The translations under genes and the position numbers were made by a program. Positions 13,401-23,285 of a stretch of 64,000 bases of DNA are shown piece by piece; within the stretch, counting starts at the first letter, position 1; every line of letters begins with the position of its first letter. Under the pieces are notes generated by a model, which was given only the letters and a program-made list of their open reading frames with translations, did no database searches and had not been told where the DNA came from. This DNA is from Antedon mediterranea (Eukaryota > Animalia > Echinodermata), in the NCBI RefSeq assembly GCF_964355755.1, contig NC_092674.1, positions 744,001 to 808,000 on the forward strand, read 5' to 3'.

Positions 13401-14004
13401 TTAAAATGGTTAATTTAAAACTGTATGCTCTCCTGCATGAAATAACCAAATCTGAAATTATTAATAATAATATAATTATTAAATAATAAAAATTACAAAC
13501 ATAGATAGGCTTGGTTTTCTTTTTTAGGCTATATAATAATGCCTAATTTGAGGCTAGGCTTAGTCTAGCTCTAGCCTACCCTAGTTAGTTTGTTTTAGCC
13601 TAGGCTAGCTAGGCCTAGTTAGTAGGGGCCTAACTAGAGGCTAGAAAGGCGCCCTAGTAGTGGGCCTACTAGGCCTAGCCTAGTCCAAGCTTAGTCTAGT
13701 AATAGTAGGCTAGTAGTACTACTACTAGCTAGGACTAGGCCTAGTACTAGGCCTACTAGTAGTAATAGTAGAAGTAGTAGGCCCTTATTACTAGTCTAGC
13801 TAGACAGTTTATTTAGGCTAGACTCGAGCGAGGGCCTAGCTAGTACTAGGCTAGTTAGGCTTAATACAGAGTTTTGCGCTATCTATCTTAAAACATATAT
13901 TATTATAAATATACTACATTATACATACTTTTTCTACAAGTTGATGACTCAAAGGAATAAACCCTCATAAACTTGAACACGTTCCGAATAATGGAAGTCG
14001 CCAT
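7485..14004 (-). CDS. ERAL1: GTPase Era, mitochondrial (ERAL1), 9 coding exons, ~570 aa
   Basis: Exons (minus strand, all GT-AG, phases consistent): 14004-13929, 13451-13138, 12939-12862, 10114-10068, 9891-9830, 9710-8917, 8482-8333, 7977-7897, 7595-7485 (total 1713 nt). Motifs: G1 [13 protein letters not shown]2 [10 protein letters not shown]3 LDTPGM, G4 NKVD, G5 ISAKTG, then [14 protein letters not shown] and a KH-type C-terminus [16 protein letters not shown]. The N-terminus resembles a mitochondrial presequence. Confidence 0.93.
8701..8775 (+). mobile_element. tRNA-derived SINE head or tRNA pseudogene in an ERAL1 intron
   Basis: A-box TAGCTTGGTGG and B-box GGTTCAATCC at tRNA-like spacing. 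The acceptor stem does not pair, so this is not a functional tRNA. Confidence 0.55.
8917..9710 (-). CDS. ERAL1: ERAL1 exon 6 (G4-G5 region with large acidic insertion)
   Basis: Lies within ORF 8821-9762: ...[11 protein letters not shown]...[23 protein letters not shown], bounded by tacag| and |gtatca. Confidence 0.92.
10158..11258 (-). repeat. 3' LTR (1101 bp)
   Basis: Appears identical by eye to 11624-12724. Confidence 0.93.
11242..11565 (-). pseudogene. Fusion remnant of a gag N-terminus and the end of pol
   Basis: [23 protein letters not shown]...[23 protein letters not shown] is a coiled coil plus a Gypsy/PNMA-like gag start. It is joined in frame to ...[10 protein letters not shown], which runs through the PPT into the LTR. 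Confidence 0.55.
11624..12724 (-). repeat. 5' LTR (1101 bp)
   Basis: Appears identical by eye to 10158-11258 and is followed on the minus strand by the PBS. Confidence 0.93.
13138..13451 (-). CDS. ERAL1: ERAL1 exon 2 (P-loop)
   Basis: ORF 13099-13449: [31 protein letters not shown]|gtaaga. Confidence 0.92.
13505..13862. repeat. CTAG/AGGCCT-rich low-complexity tract in ERAL1 intron 1
   Basis: Dense irregular repetition of ctag, taggc, aggcct and agtact. Confidence 0.7.
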
Positions 14005-14029
14005 TGCTGTTTGTTTGTTTGTTTAGTTT

Positions 14030-14090
14030 TGGTCTGACGTTGGGGTCGTGATGCGTCATTTCATAAGAGCATGGACTTTGGATTGGTTAA
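14030..14090 (-). promoter_or_regulatory. Putative ERAL1 proximal promoter (CRE/AP1-like sites and CCAAT box)
   Basis: tgacgt (~14035), tgcgtca (~14052) and gattggtt (CCAAT on minus, ~14081) all lie within 90 bp upstream of the ATG at 14004. Confidence 0.4.
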
Positions 14091-14104
14091 ATAATATAAA
14101 CCAA

Positions 14105-14870
14105 ATGTCATCCCTTGAAGATTAATTACTCCAAACTAAAAGAAAGTCCTAGCCTTGAGAGTTATCTTCTTGATAAAACCAATTTCACAGGTGCAAGCTT
14201 AAAATTTAAATTAAGATCCAACACTTTACCTCTAGATGGACGAACCTGTAAATGGTCTAAAGAAATATCTGGCCACTGCACTATATGTCAGAGTGTGGTG
14301 AAATAGAAAATGTACAGCATTTTTTATTTAATTGCCAAGCTTTTAATGCTATAAGGGAGATCCAATTAGTGAAGCTAAATAATGACCTTGAAAATTTGAA
14401 TGAGTCTGCAACATGGGAACATTTTATAAATGGTGATGTTAATAAAAAAACTACAATAGTTTCAGGGGGAGATATTAACTTGGATCCTAGTAAAGCTGTC
14501 TTGACAGCATTTGACAAATACTGTAAGATTTCCTTAAAGTTGCCTGGAAAAAAAGATCCGAGTTAAAAAAGAGCTAATTTGCATTGTTGCTTTATAATTT
14601 TGTTTATTAATTTTCACTATATATTGTATTTAATGTTGCAGAGAAAGACTGGTGTAGGCCTACATCTCTGTAAATCTTTTTAAATTACTATTTGTGTTTA
14701 CTGTATTCGTTGATCTTAAAGTTTATTTTCATACTTTAATTTGTTAATTAACTATTGTATAATTCATTTCCTTTTCTTTTTCTTTAAACTTATTGAACGC
14801 ACCGTCATAAAACGTGTGCCGCTGTTCTAAAAGCGTCTGTTCAAATAAAGTTATTAGTTATTATTATTAT
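14105..14870 (+). mobile_element. 3' fragment of a non-LTR retrotransposon (ORF2 C-terminus, 3' UTR, AATAAA and (TTA)n tail)
   Basis: KFKLRSNTLPL...CTIC...ENVQHFLFNCQAFNAIR forms a frameshifted CCHC knuckle. The fragment ends aataaagttattagttattattattat. Confidence 0.75.
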
Positions 14871-14898
14871 GGATTAAAGAATAGAATATTGAGGTATA

Positions 14899-16718
14899 TT
14901 CAGAGCGACATTTCGACGATCGCGCATTCTCTACTTCTACGGAGCGCCATTTATGCCTTTATTTACTTCCGAATTAGAAATAGTACTACGGTAACTGCTC
15001 CAGTGGACCAAATTTAGCACCGGTGGAGCACAGTGATATAAAATAGAAATAAGTCACTAATTTTAATATCTTTTCGTATGTTAATACACTGTGCTCACGT
15101 GGACCCAACTTGGCGCGCGCGCCAGTGAGCACACAGTGATATAAAATAGAAAAAAGTCATTAATTATAATATCTTTTCGTATGTTAATACACTGTGCTCA
15201 AGTGGACCCAATTTGGCACCAATGGGAGCACAGGGAAATAGTCACATACAAAAACATCGAGAAAAAATACTTCTGGAATTTAAAAATATTTCAAACTTGG
15301 TATATTTGTTCAATATCGGTTACTCCATCCGTGAACCAAAAGAAAAAATAGTTTCAAGCCACATCAGTGATTTTAATAACTCGCGTTTGCTTAAGATAAT
15401 ACTTACGAAAAAACATACAATTCAGACACAATATATGTTAAACTCTAATAACGATTTTTACAAAAAAAAAACCGGTTAGGAATTCGATTTTTTCCTGTAA
15501 ATTGAGCAACTTAAATTAAAAATATAACAAGAAATATATATTGAAATCAAGGAGTATTTTTTTTTACAAAAGAAATGTTCGTATGTTAATACACTGTGCT
15601 CCAGTGGATCCAATTTGGCGCCAGTTGAGCACAGGGAAATAGTCACATACAAAAACATCAAGAAAAAAATACTTCTGGATTTAAAAAATATTTCAAACTT
15701 GGTATATAAGTTCAATATCGGTTACTCCATCCGCAATGCAAAAGAAAAATTAGTTTCATATATTTTATCTTATTTCACTCTCCATCAATACAAAAACCAT
15801 CGGAGACAAACTATCTGTTTAAAACATGTTTATTCTGGGACGGTGCGGCCATACACACCAACTACCATAAACGTGTATTCATAACATATTAAAATACAAT
15901 AACTTGGGCATGAATCGGACATTTCGCTACCAATGTAGCAACATTGATTAACAAAATCTAAATTTAACAGTGTGGCGTGTTGACCGCGAATGACTAAACA
16001 ATAGCATCTTTCCCACTACACCTGCACAGCCATTGCATAACAACGTACGGCATACCAAACCGTTTCGTAGGCCTACACCTTCAATGAAAATAATAAATTC
16101 AATTTCTTTTAAAATTGAGAGCTTTTCTCCGGAAAGTGCACCTATTCATTGAAATATGAAATTAAATATTAAGTCTCTAGTTTTTTAAACCAGAAACAAC
16201 AGCAGAAACAAATCCGCCACTTACAGCTTGGTTTAACAGATACAAAGACAACTCCGAAACACTTAAATTACGACGAAACAGATAAAGATTGGAATTAAAA
16301 ATGTCAATATGGGGATGGGCCTGGACTAAACTATTATAAGATAAACTTAATCTACTGATGTAGGCCTAACCCTTTTAAAGAACATTGACTCTGCTAAAGG
16401 GAACACAAAGGATGAAGTTGTTGGGTCCACTTGAGCACAGTGTATTAACATACGAAAATGCAGTGACTTATTTCTATTTTATATCACTGCTCCACTGGTG
16501 CCAAATTTGATCCACTTGAGCACAGTGTATTAATATATGAAAATGTATTTAATTTAGTGATTTATTTCTATTCTACATCACTGTGCTCCACCGGTGCCAA
16601 ATGTGATCCACTTGAGCAGTTACCGTAGTACTATTTCTATTTCGGAAGTAAATAAAGGTATAAATGGCGCTCCGTAGAGAAGTAGAGAATGCTCCAGTCC
16701 TCAGAATGACGCTCTGAA
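14899..16718. mobile_element. Non-autonomous foldback-type DNA transposon with long modular TIRs and a TA flank
   Basis: ta|ttcagagcg...cattctctacttct..acggagcgccattta... at the left matches the reverse complement of the right end ...gctctgaa|ta. The module ctgtgctc..gtggacccaatttggcacc..gagcacag repeats in both arms. There is an internal direct duplication of ~15175-15360 at ~15578-15760. No transposase ORF. Confidence 0.8.
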
Positions 16719-16753
16719 TAATATTACGTCTTCAGAAAGTACAGATAGTTCTT

Positions 16754-16903
16754 AATCTCTGTCTACACTATCAACCTTTATGTCACTGTAACAAACAAAT
16801 TGACAAAAAAGTGACAAAAAGTGATATGCCTAAATATGACATCATCGTGTCCATTATTATTACATCACATTTTTGTCAAACTAGTTAGATAGTGTAGACA
16901 GAG
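16754..16903. mobile_element. MITE family A, copy 2
   Basis: ctctgtctacactatc ... gatagtgtagacagag. Confidence 0.75.
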
Positions 16904-16974
16904 TCGTCCAGTCCAGTTAAACTTGTGGCTGACTGTATTAAACTCTTTAAATCAGCGGCACGCAATTTTTATGC

Positions 16975-17128
16975 GGCTTGGTTCCCACTAGCCGCAACGC
17001 AAGCGAATTGACCAATCGAAAGCTATAAGATTTCCAACTTGATTTGTTTGCGTTGCGGCTTATGTAGGCCATCCTCTATAGCATAGTCAATAGAAAGTTG
17101 ACTATGATCCTAGTGAGAACCAAGCTTA
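16975..17128. mobile_element. ~150-bp MITE, family B
   Basis: gcttggttcccactag ... ctagtgagaaccaagc TIRs, with an inner IR gccgcaacgcaa / ttgcgttgcggc. Confidence 0.6.
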
Positions 17129-17559
17129 AGTGTTTAATTTAATTATACTTTTCTTGCAATAATTTTAAAAATTGTAAGACTTTGATTCCGAGTGCCTCGT
17201 GAGGCGTTTCCCGAATGATCGCACAATCAAAGCGGTATACTATCTGGGTATGATCAACTATGTTTCCACCCAATCATCCATTCATATACTGATGATGAAG
17301 TCAACCTGTGGCGACTATCGAAGCATGCTCAACAGTACTAAAAAAAGAAGAAGCCCATGGTTTTCTTTTCGAGGTTTTACGGTACAGTATGGTTCTCAGA
17401 TGTGTAGTGCCCTCATACGTTCATAAACTTTACGAAGTTTCGCGCAAAAAAGAAACATAAAAAAGCAGAGGGTCCTTGATAATAGAATAATCGGTTAGTT
17501 GTAATTAAACAAATCCATGAAATAATAATAATTAGTTAGATGAATTTGGGTAATCCTAA

Positions 17560-17865
17560 TTGGGACAGAGAAGTTTCCGAATAAGTAAATTTTGAAAAGA
17601 TGTTCCTCGACGTTTTGATCAATAAGCTTTGATCGTCTTCAGGAGTGAGGTAAAATAGCTTGGAAAGGATTCAAACTCGGTAGTGTACATATTTTTAGAA
17701 ACAAAACAAAAATATAACATAATTTTCTTAGTAATCACAATCAAACATAGTTTATTTAGTTCACGGTACGAAGATAAAGACAAACATAATTCATAGGTTG
17801 AATATTCCGATCCGATCTGGTAAGGTGTTCTAAGGTCGATCGTTCACATTTTAATAAAAGTAGGC
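17560..17865 (-). mobile_element. Penelope-like element 3'/pseudo-LTR remnant
   Basis: Minus strand has LLLKCERSTL, resembling a GIY-YIG tail, followed by a minimal type I hammerhead motif at 17650-17605. Confidence 0.5.
17605..17650 (-). ncRNA. Degenerate minimal type I hammerhead ribozyme (Penelope type)
   Basis: CTC-CTGAAGA-C-GATCAA-agctta-TTGATC-AAAA-CG-TC|GAG gives the CUGANGA core, stem II, a palindromic ACGT stem III and stem I CTC/GAG. G12 is replaced by A. Confidence 0.55.
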
Positions 17866-18564
17866 CTACTAAATTTTGTATGACATGAAATAAAAAAAAG
17901 GGTGGACTCCATTTTGTAAACATGTTCTATGACATGAAATAAAAAAAAGTGTGGACTCAAACCTATTTTGAATTGGTGGCCGCTATATTTTTTCTATCTA
18001 AATATCAGGTTATTTTGTATATTAAAGTGTTTTTAATACTTAGTTAGCTGGATTTGTAATAGAGGTCTGTAGAATCAATAATTGACATAGTAATAAGAAT
18101 AAATAACCCGTTCGTTATCTACAAAACGAACGGTCTTTTGTCCTTTAGTCTAGTGTTGTTTTGAGGATAGAAGTTTTTAAGTAAACAGAGCTTAAAAAGT
18201 CAATTAGATTTTCAATTTCTATTTCATTGAATTTTATTGATCAAAATGTGGCAAAAAATGTAAATGTTGTTTACTGAACTTTGCATAATGTGAGTTTATT
18301 TTTCCATTTTTAATTGAATGGTTGGATAATAATAAAAACATTACGGTTACGTGAATTTCATGACTTGCATGCTCGGACTTTGTAGGCCTACTCTCCGGTT
18401 TCTCACTCTAATCATGGAGTAATATTATACAAAACTTGCACTCTGACGTAATAGTTGAATAGTACGTGGCCACACAATCCTCCAATAAAACGACGACAAA
18501 AATCTATTCAGGTGTGTTGTAATAAGATTTAGATGTGAATGTGCTTTTATATGACTCAGTATAA

Positions 18565-21405
18565 TAGTCCAGTAAAATATCACCTTCACCATTGCATAAC
18601 GTTAGTAGTCAACGAGATTCTCACCGTAGGTTCTAAACATTATGTAAAGATCATTTATTGATGTTGCGTCGCGTAAAAGTTGGGATTTGTGGAGAAAATG
18701 AAGTTTTTATACGCAGTTTTTGCTTCCTTTCGTCGTGGTTTGTTTTCATCGAAAAATGACGTCATGGGGCATAAGTGAATGACACGCCATTGTCGACATT
18801 TGCGTTCGTATTAAAAAGTGAATTTTAAATGTACGAATATGGTATTAATTATCTGTATTACATTGTATTATTATGTATCACATATATAACAAGTCATTTT
18901 GATAAAAAATAAGTCAAATAAATATGAAAAACAAAGGAAAATTGTGATTTTTGCATGTCATCTGAAGTGACCTTCCATACAATGTGATAGCGCCCTCTAT
19001 AAGTATTGATACACTCGCACTTCAAACTGCAAGCTTTTTGTTGTTATATTCATTCATTCAGAAATACAATTTAAGGAAGGAATCGAATCAAGGGCATTAT
19101 TACTTGGTTTATTATATATTTATGATGTTTTCCCCAAAAATAATTACTAGTATGTACATTTTGCGAATTGTAGATGTACCGGCGGTATGAAATTAAAAAA
19201 AGCTGTTTACGCGGTCTGTAGCCTAACGATATAATAATAATTATATGTATAAAATAATTGTTACTTTTTTTTCTGATAAATCAGTATGAATATGTTTACT
19301 TAGCGCTGCTTTAAGCACCCTATTAAAAAAGAAAAGAAAAAAATTGATTTAAGCCTATTTTTTGTCACGTTTTCGGTAATTAATTGGTTTTATACTTTTT
19401 TACAAATTTTAATATTGAACAAATGTAAATATCTTTGTAATTCAGCTAAGGCTGCGATAATGATATTGAAATAAATGAAATGAAATAAATGAAATGAAAT
19501 GAATTAATTGTCTTCTTCGCTCTCACTATCTGATTCATCACTGTTCTCATCATCCGAGTTAAAGGAGTCGTTCTCGGCAATCGCTCGATCAATAATTCTG
19601 TTGGAAGAATCTCGCTTTCACACCACAAAGGCCCCAGCAAATCGTTATCGCCAACGCACCATCCGTTATTGTTTTGGGGTTTCGGCAACTCGTAAAATCG
19701 GTGTTAGTGCGAGCCTCCACAGATCCTGACTTGATAGTTCGATCATCGTGCGTTGTATATGTTGATGCAAGCATCTACGCGACGGTGGAAAGTTAGCTAA
19801 TTTTTAAATCAATGTTTTTTTAACACTGATTATTCCGGTTTTTTTTTCTTGCATTTCCTGCGAAAAAAGTCAAATCTAAGTTCATCGGTAGGCCTACGCC
19901 TTGCTTTCGAACGGAATCCATATAATAACAGGCACGTGAACTATTCCAGTTCCAACATTAACTCTTCTTCTCCTTTCCAACTTTCTCCTACTTTCTTGAA
20001 AACCTCTTCAAATTTTGGATATTTTTCGACAAGTTTAATGGCCTTTAATTTTCCTTTTCCCTTGAAAGCGCTGGTCGTGCTGCACTTTGTGAACGCATGC
20101 AGCCCTAGAATGGCATTACATCGACTTGGGGTGATTTCAGTGGCTAAACTGTGAGATTGGTTATTCGTCAATTCCTGCCACTGCCTGTATCGAATAGGAC
20201 TTTTGCAATAATGGACGAAACAAAATGTAACAATATAAAAAAAAAACATCGCTGGATCTCGATCGAAATCAAGGAGTACCGATGAACTTAGATTTTACTT
20301 TCTTCGCAGGAAATGCAAGGAAAAAGACGGATAATCAGTGTTAAAAAACATTGATTTAGCTAACTTTCCACCGTCGCGTAGATGCTTGCATCAACATATA
20401 CGACGCACGATCGAACTATCAAGTCGTGATCTGGAAGCTCGCACTAACGCCGATTTAAGAGTTGCCAAAACCTCAAGACAATAACGGATGGTGCGTTGGC
20501 GATAACGATTTGCTGGGGCCTCTTCCAACAGAATCGGATGATGAGAACAGTGACGAATCAGATAGTGAGAGCGAAGAAGACGATTAATTACCGAAAACGT
20601 GACAAAAAGTAAGCTTAAATCAATTTGTTTCTTTTTTTTAAATATGGTGCTTAAAGCAGCGCTAAGTAAACATTATTATTCATACTGATTTATCAGAAAA
20701 AAGTAACAATTATTTTATACATATAATTATTATGATATCGTTAGGCTACAGACCGCGTAAACAGCTTTTTTTAATTTCATACCGCCGGTACATCTACAAT
20801 TCGCAAAATGTACATACTGGTAATTATTTTTGGGGAAAACATCATAAATATATAGTAAACCAAGTAATAATGCCCTTGATTCGATTCCTTCCTTAAATTG
20901 TATTTCTGAATGAATGAATATAACAACAAAAAGCTTGCAGTTTGAAGTGCGAGTGTATCATCAATACTTATAGAGGGCGCTATCACATTGTATGGAAGGT
21001 CACTTTAGATGACATGCAAAAATCACAATTTTCTTTTGTTTTTCATATTTATTTGACTTATTTTTTATCAAAATGACTTGTTATATATGCGATACATAAT
21101 AATACAATGTAATACAGATAATTAATATCATATTCGTACATTTAAAATTCACTTTTTAATACGAACGCAAATGTCGACAATGGCGTGTCATTCACTTATG
21201 CCCCATGACGTCATTTTTCGATGAAAACAAACCACGACGAAAGGAAGCAAAAACTGCGTATAAAAACTTCATTTTCTCCACAAATCCCAACTTTTACGCG
21301 ACGCAACATCAATAAATGATCTTTACATAATGTTTAGAACCTACGGTGAGAATCTCGTTGACTACTAACGTTATGCAATGGTGAAGGTGATATTTTACTG
21401 GACTA
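18565..21405. mobile_element. Academ-derived non-autonomous foldback element (2.84 kb, TAG...CTA termini, TAA TSD)
   Basis: Inverted arms at 18565-~19890 and ~20277-21405, flanked taa|TAGTCC...GGACTA|taa. The internal remnant LGLHAFTKCSTTSAFKGKGKLK...NFPPSRRCLHQHI..NYQV.IW..PKPQ.NNGW..DDENSDESDSE matches the C-terminal part of Academ transposases as recalled. Confidence 0.8.
19503..20150 (-). pseudogene. Academ transposase C-terminal fragment
   Basis: ORF 19941-20249 and downstream broken frames (19446-19688) carry HAFT.C.TTSAF.GKGK, PP, NYQ and GW motifs and an acidic tail. Confidence 0.7.
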
Positions 21406-22769
21406 TAAGGCTCCCTTGTTATGCAAACAGCTCAATGGAACTGACCAACCGTAACATCACTCTAAAATACCACAACCTATTGTTCTCCTCAACCTGTATA
21501 CTCATCATTTAGTAGACTAAACATTTTCCAATATAACAATTTAATCTTTAGTTTTTATACTAAATTTCATATAATGTTCTCAGATGGTACAGAAAATACC
21601 AATCTGTTGTATATTTTAATTTGTCTTTTAAAACGCCATTGCAGTTAACGAATTCATGTTGGGGAAACCATCTTTTGGTCTATTTTTTGTTTTAATTGTC
21701 AGTGGGTTAACAAGTGTAACCCAATGAGGCATATCAGGGGCTGCGACATTGTAGTGTCAGCACATCTATATTTGGCAGTAGTGACGTGTTGGTGTGTTTA
21801 TGTTTTATATATTTACAAACAATCAGGATGTATTAGTAATACATAAGGATTAGTATTTTATGGTTTTATTATATTCTACTTCAGAACAGGTTTTATACAA
21901 CGGTCATATCCTTGATACAGGTGCTTCAACAACCAAGGAGACTGAATACTGTCAACACTAGTACAACACAATATACCACCTATATAGGCTACTGTGGATT
22001 AAAAAGTGTAAGCTGACTATGTATGGATACACCTCTACTTAAGAATACAGACGAATTAAGCGTGGTGGTAAGTATAGTTTCCATTTTATTTTCATTTTCT
22101 TGTATTTTCACTTGTGTCATATGAGAATGAATGAATTTACTGGTAGTATATATAGAAGACTGATAAACCACTGTTGGGGGGTGGGGGGTATGATTATATC
22201 AGGAAGATGTATTATCTCCCTGATGATATGATCAGGGCCTTTCCATTTTCAGGCTTATCCGGCTAAGTTGACTATTATTTGAGTAGATATCACAAATTTA
22301 CTTCCCGGGTAAATAACTAAAGTCTTGAAAGTTGTCAAGTCTATTACGTGCCTAGCTTACCTGGATAAACCGACAAATGCCATATTTCTCCTCGAAGAGC
22401 GAGATATACTCGAAAAGTAGAAAATTCATTGAACACCCCTCTCTCTAAATGGTACAGTCCACAAACCTCAAGTGGGAACATCCCTACAATTCACCATCTT
22501 CATTTCTTTTCGAGACATGAAAGAGTAAACATGTCTGACAAAGAGCTTGCAATTCACAGTGAATTTGCTGTTTGCAAAGAAAGTTACTGAGATTGCTACT
22601 ACATGCGCACGAAGCTAAGTAGTTGTTCTTGTTTAGAGATTCATTGAAGTGTCATAATTTTGACTTTAAATATACTTTCCTAGGCCAACTGTCTAGGATG
22701 TTTGCAGTAGCATAGGGGGCCTAAGCCTAAAACTGTAGCAGGCTAAGACTCCTATGTAAGCCTGGAGTC

Positions 22770-23285
22770 CTGCTTGGGCTGGCCTCCTAATCATTCAACA
22801 TCTCTTAAGGGGCCTAGACTTAGAATTTGCAGGTCAAGCTTACCCCCTTTATGGGGCAGCTCCTGTTCTTGCTTATGGCCTAACATAGTGTTTAGGCCTA
22901 GTTCTGTTTGGGCTGACCTTCTTATCATTCAACATCTGGGCCTAGACTTGAATCTTGCAGGTCAAGCTTCCCCCATTATGGGGCAGCTCCTGTTCTTGTG
23001 TACTGCCTAAGATAGTGATTAGGCTTATCTTTTGAGCTGGCCTTCTGAGTTATCATTCTCGCATCTCATAGGGAACTAGACTTGGAATTTGCAGGACAAG
23101 CTTACCCCCTTTATGGGGCAGCTCCGGTTCTTGCTTATGGCCTCACATAGTGTTTAGACCTACTGTTTGGGCTGGCCTCCTGAGTTATTGTTCAACACAT
23201 TTCGATAGGGGAGGCCTGACTTAGATATTGCAGGACAAACTTACCCCCTTTATGGAGCAGTTCCAGTCCTTGCATGCTGCATAAG
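22770..23285 (+). repeat. Four degenerate ~130-bp tandem units inside DIRS copy 1
   Basis: The unit ttgggctggcctcct...gacttagaatttgcaggtcaagcttaccccctttatggggcagctcc...cttg starts at about 22775, 22908, 23033 and 23167. Confidence 0.8.

Noticed and set aside
18984-20986. Twin 68/69-aa ORFs on opposite strands, and twin ORFs at 15213/15615
   Set aside because: Incidental frames within non-coding repeat arms, with no recognisable protein features.
21885-22067. Additional upstream coding exon of MYO16
   Set aside because: Good acceptor and donor (ttcag|…|gtaagt), but no open frame joins in phase to the ATG at 27720. It is at most a 5' UTR exon and cannot be supported without transcripts.
22770-23285. 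Repeat-spacer (CRISPR-like) array next to RT and recombinase genes
   Set aside because: The sequences between the hairpin cores are homologous to each other, so this is a degenerate tandem repeat and not an array of unique spacers.
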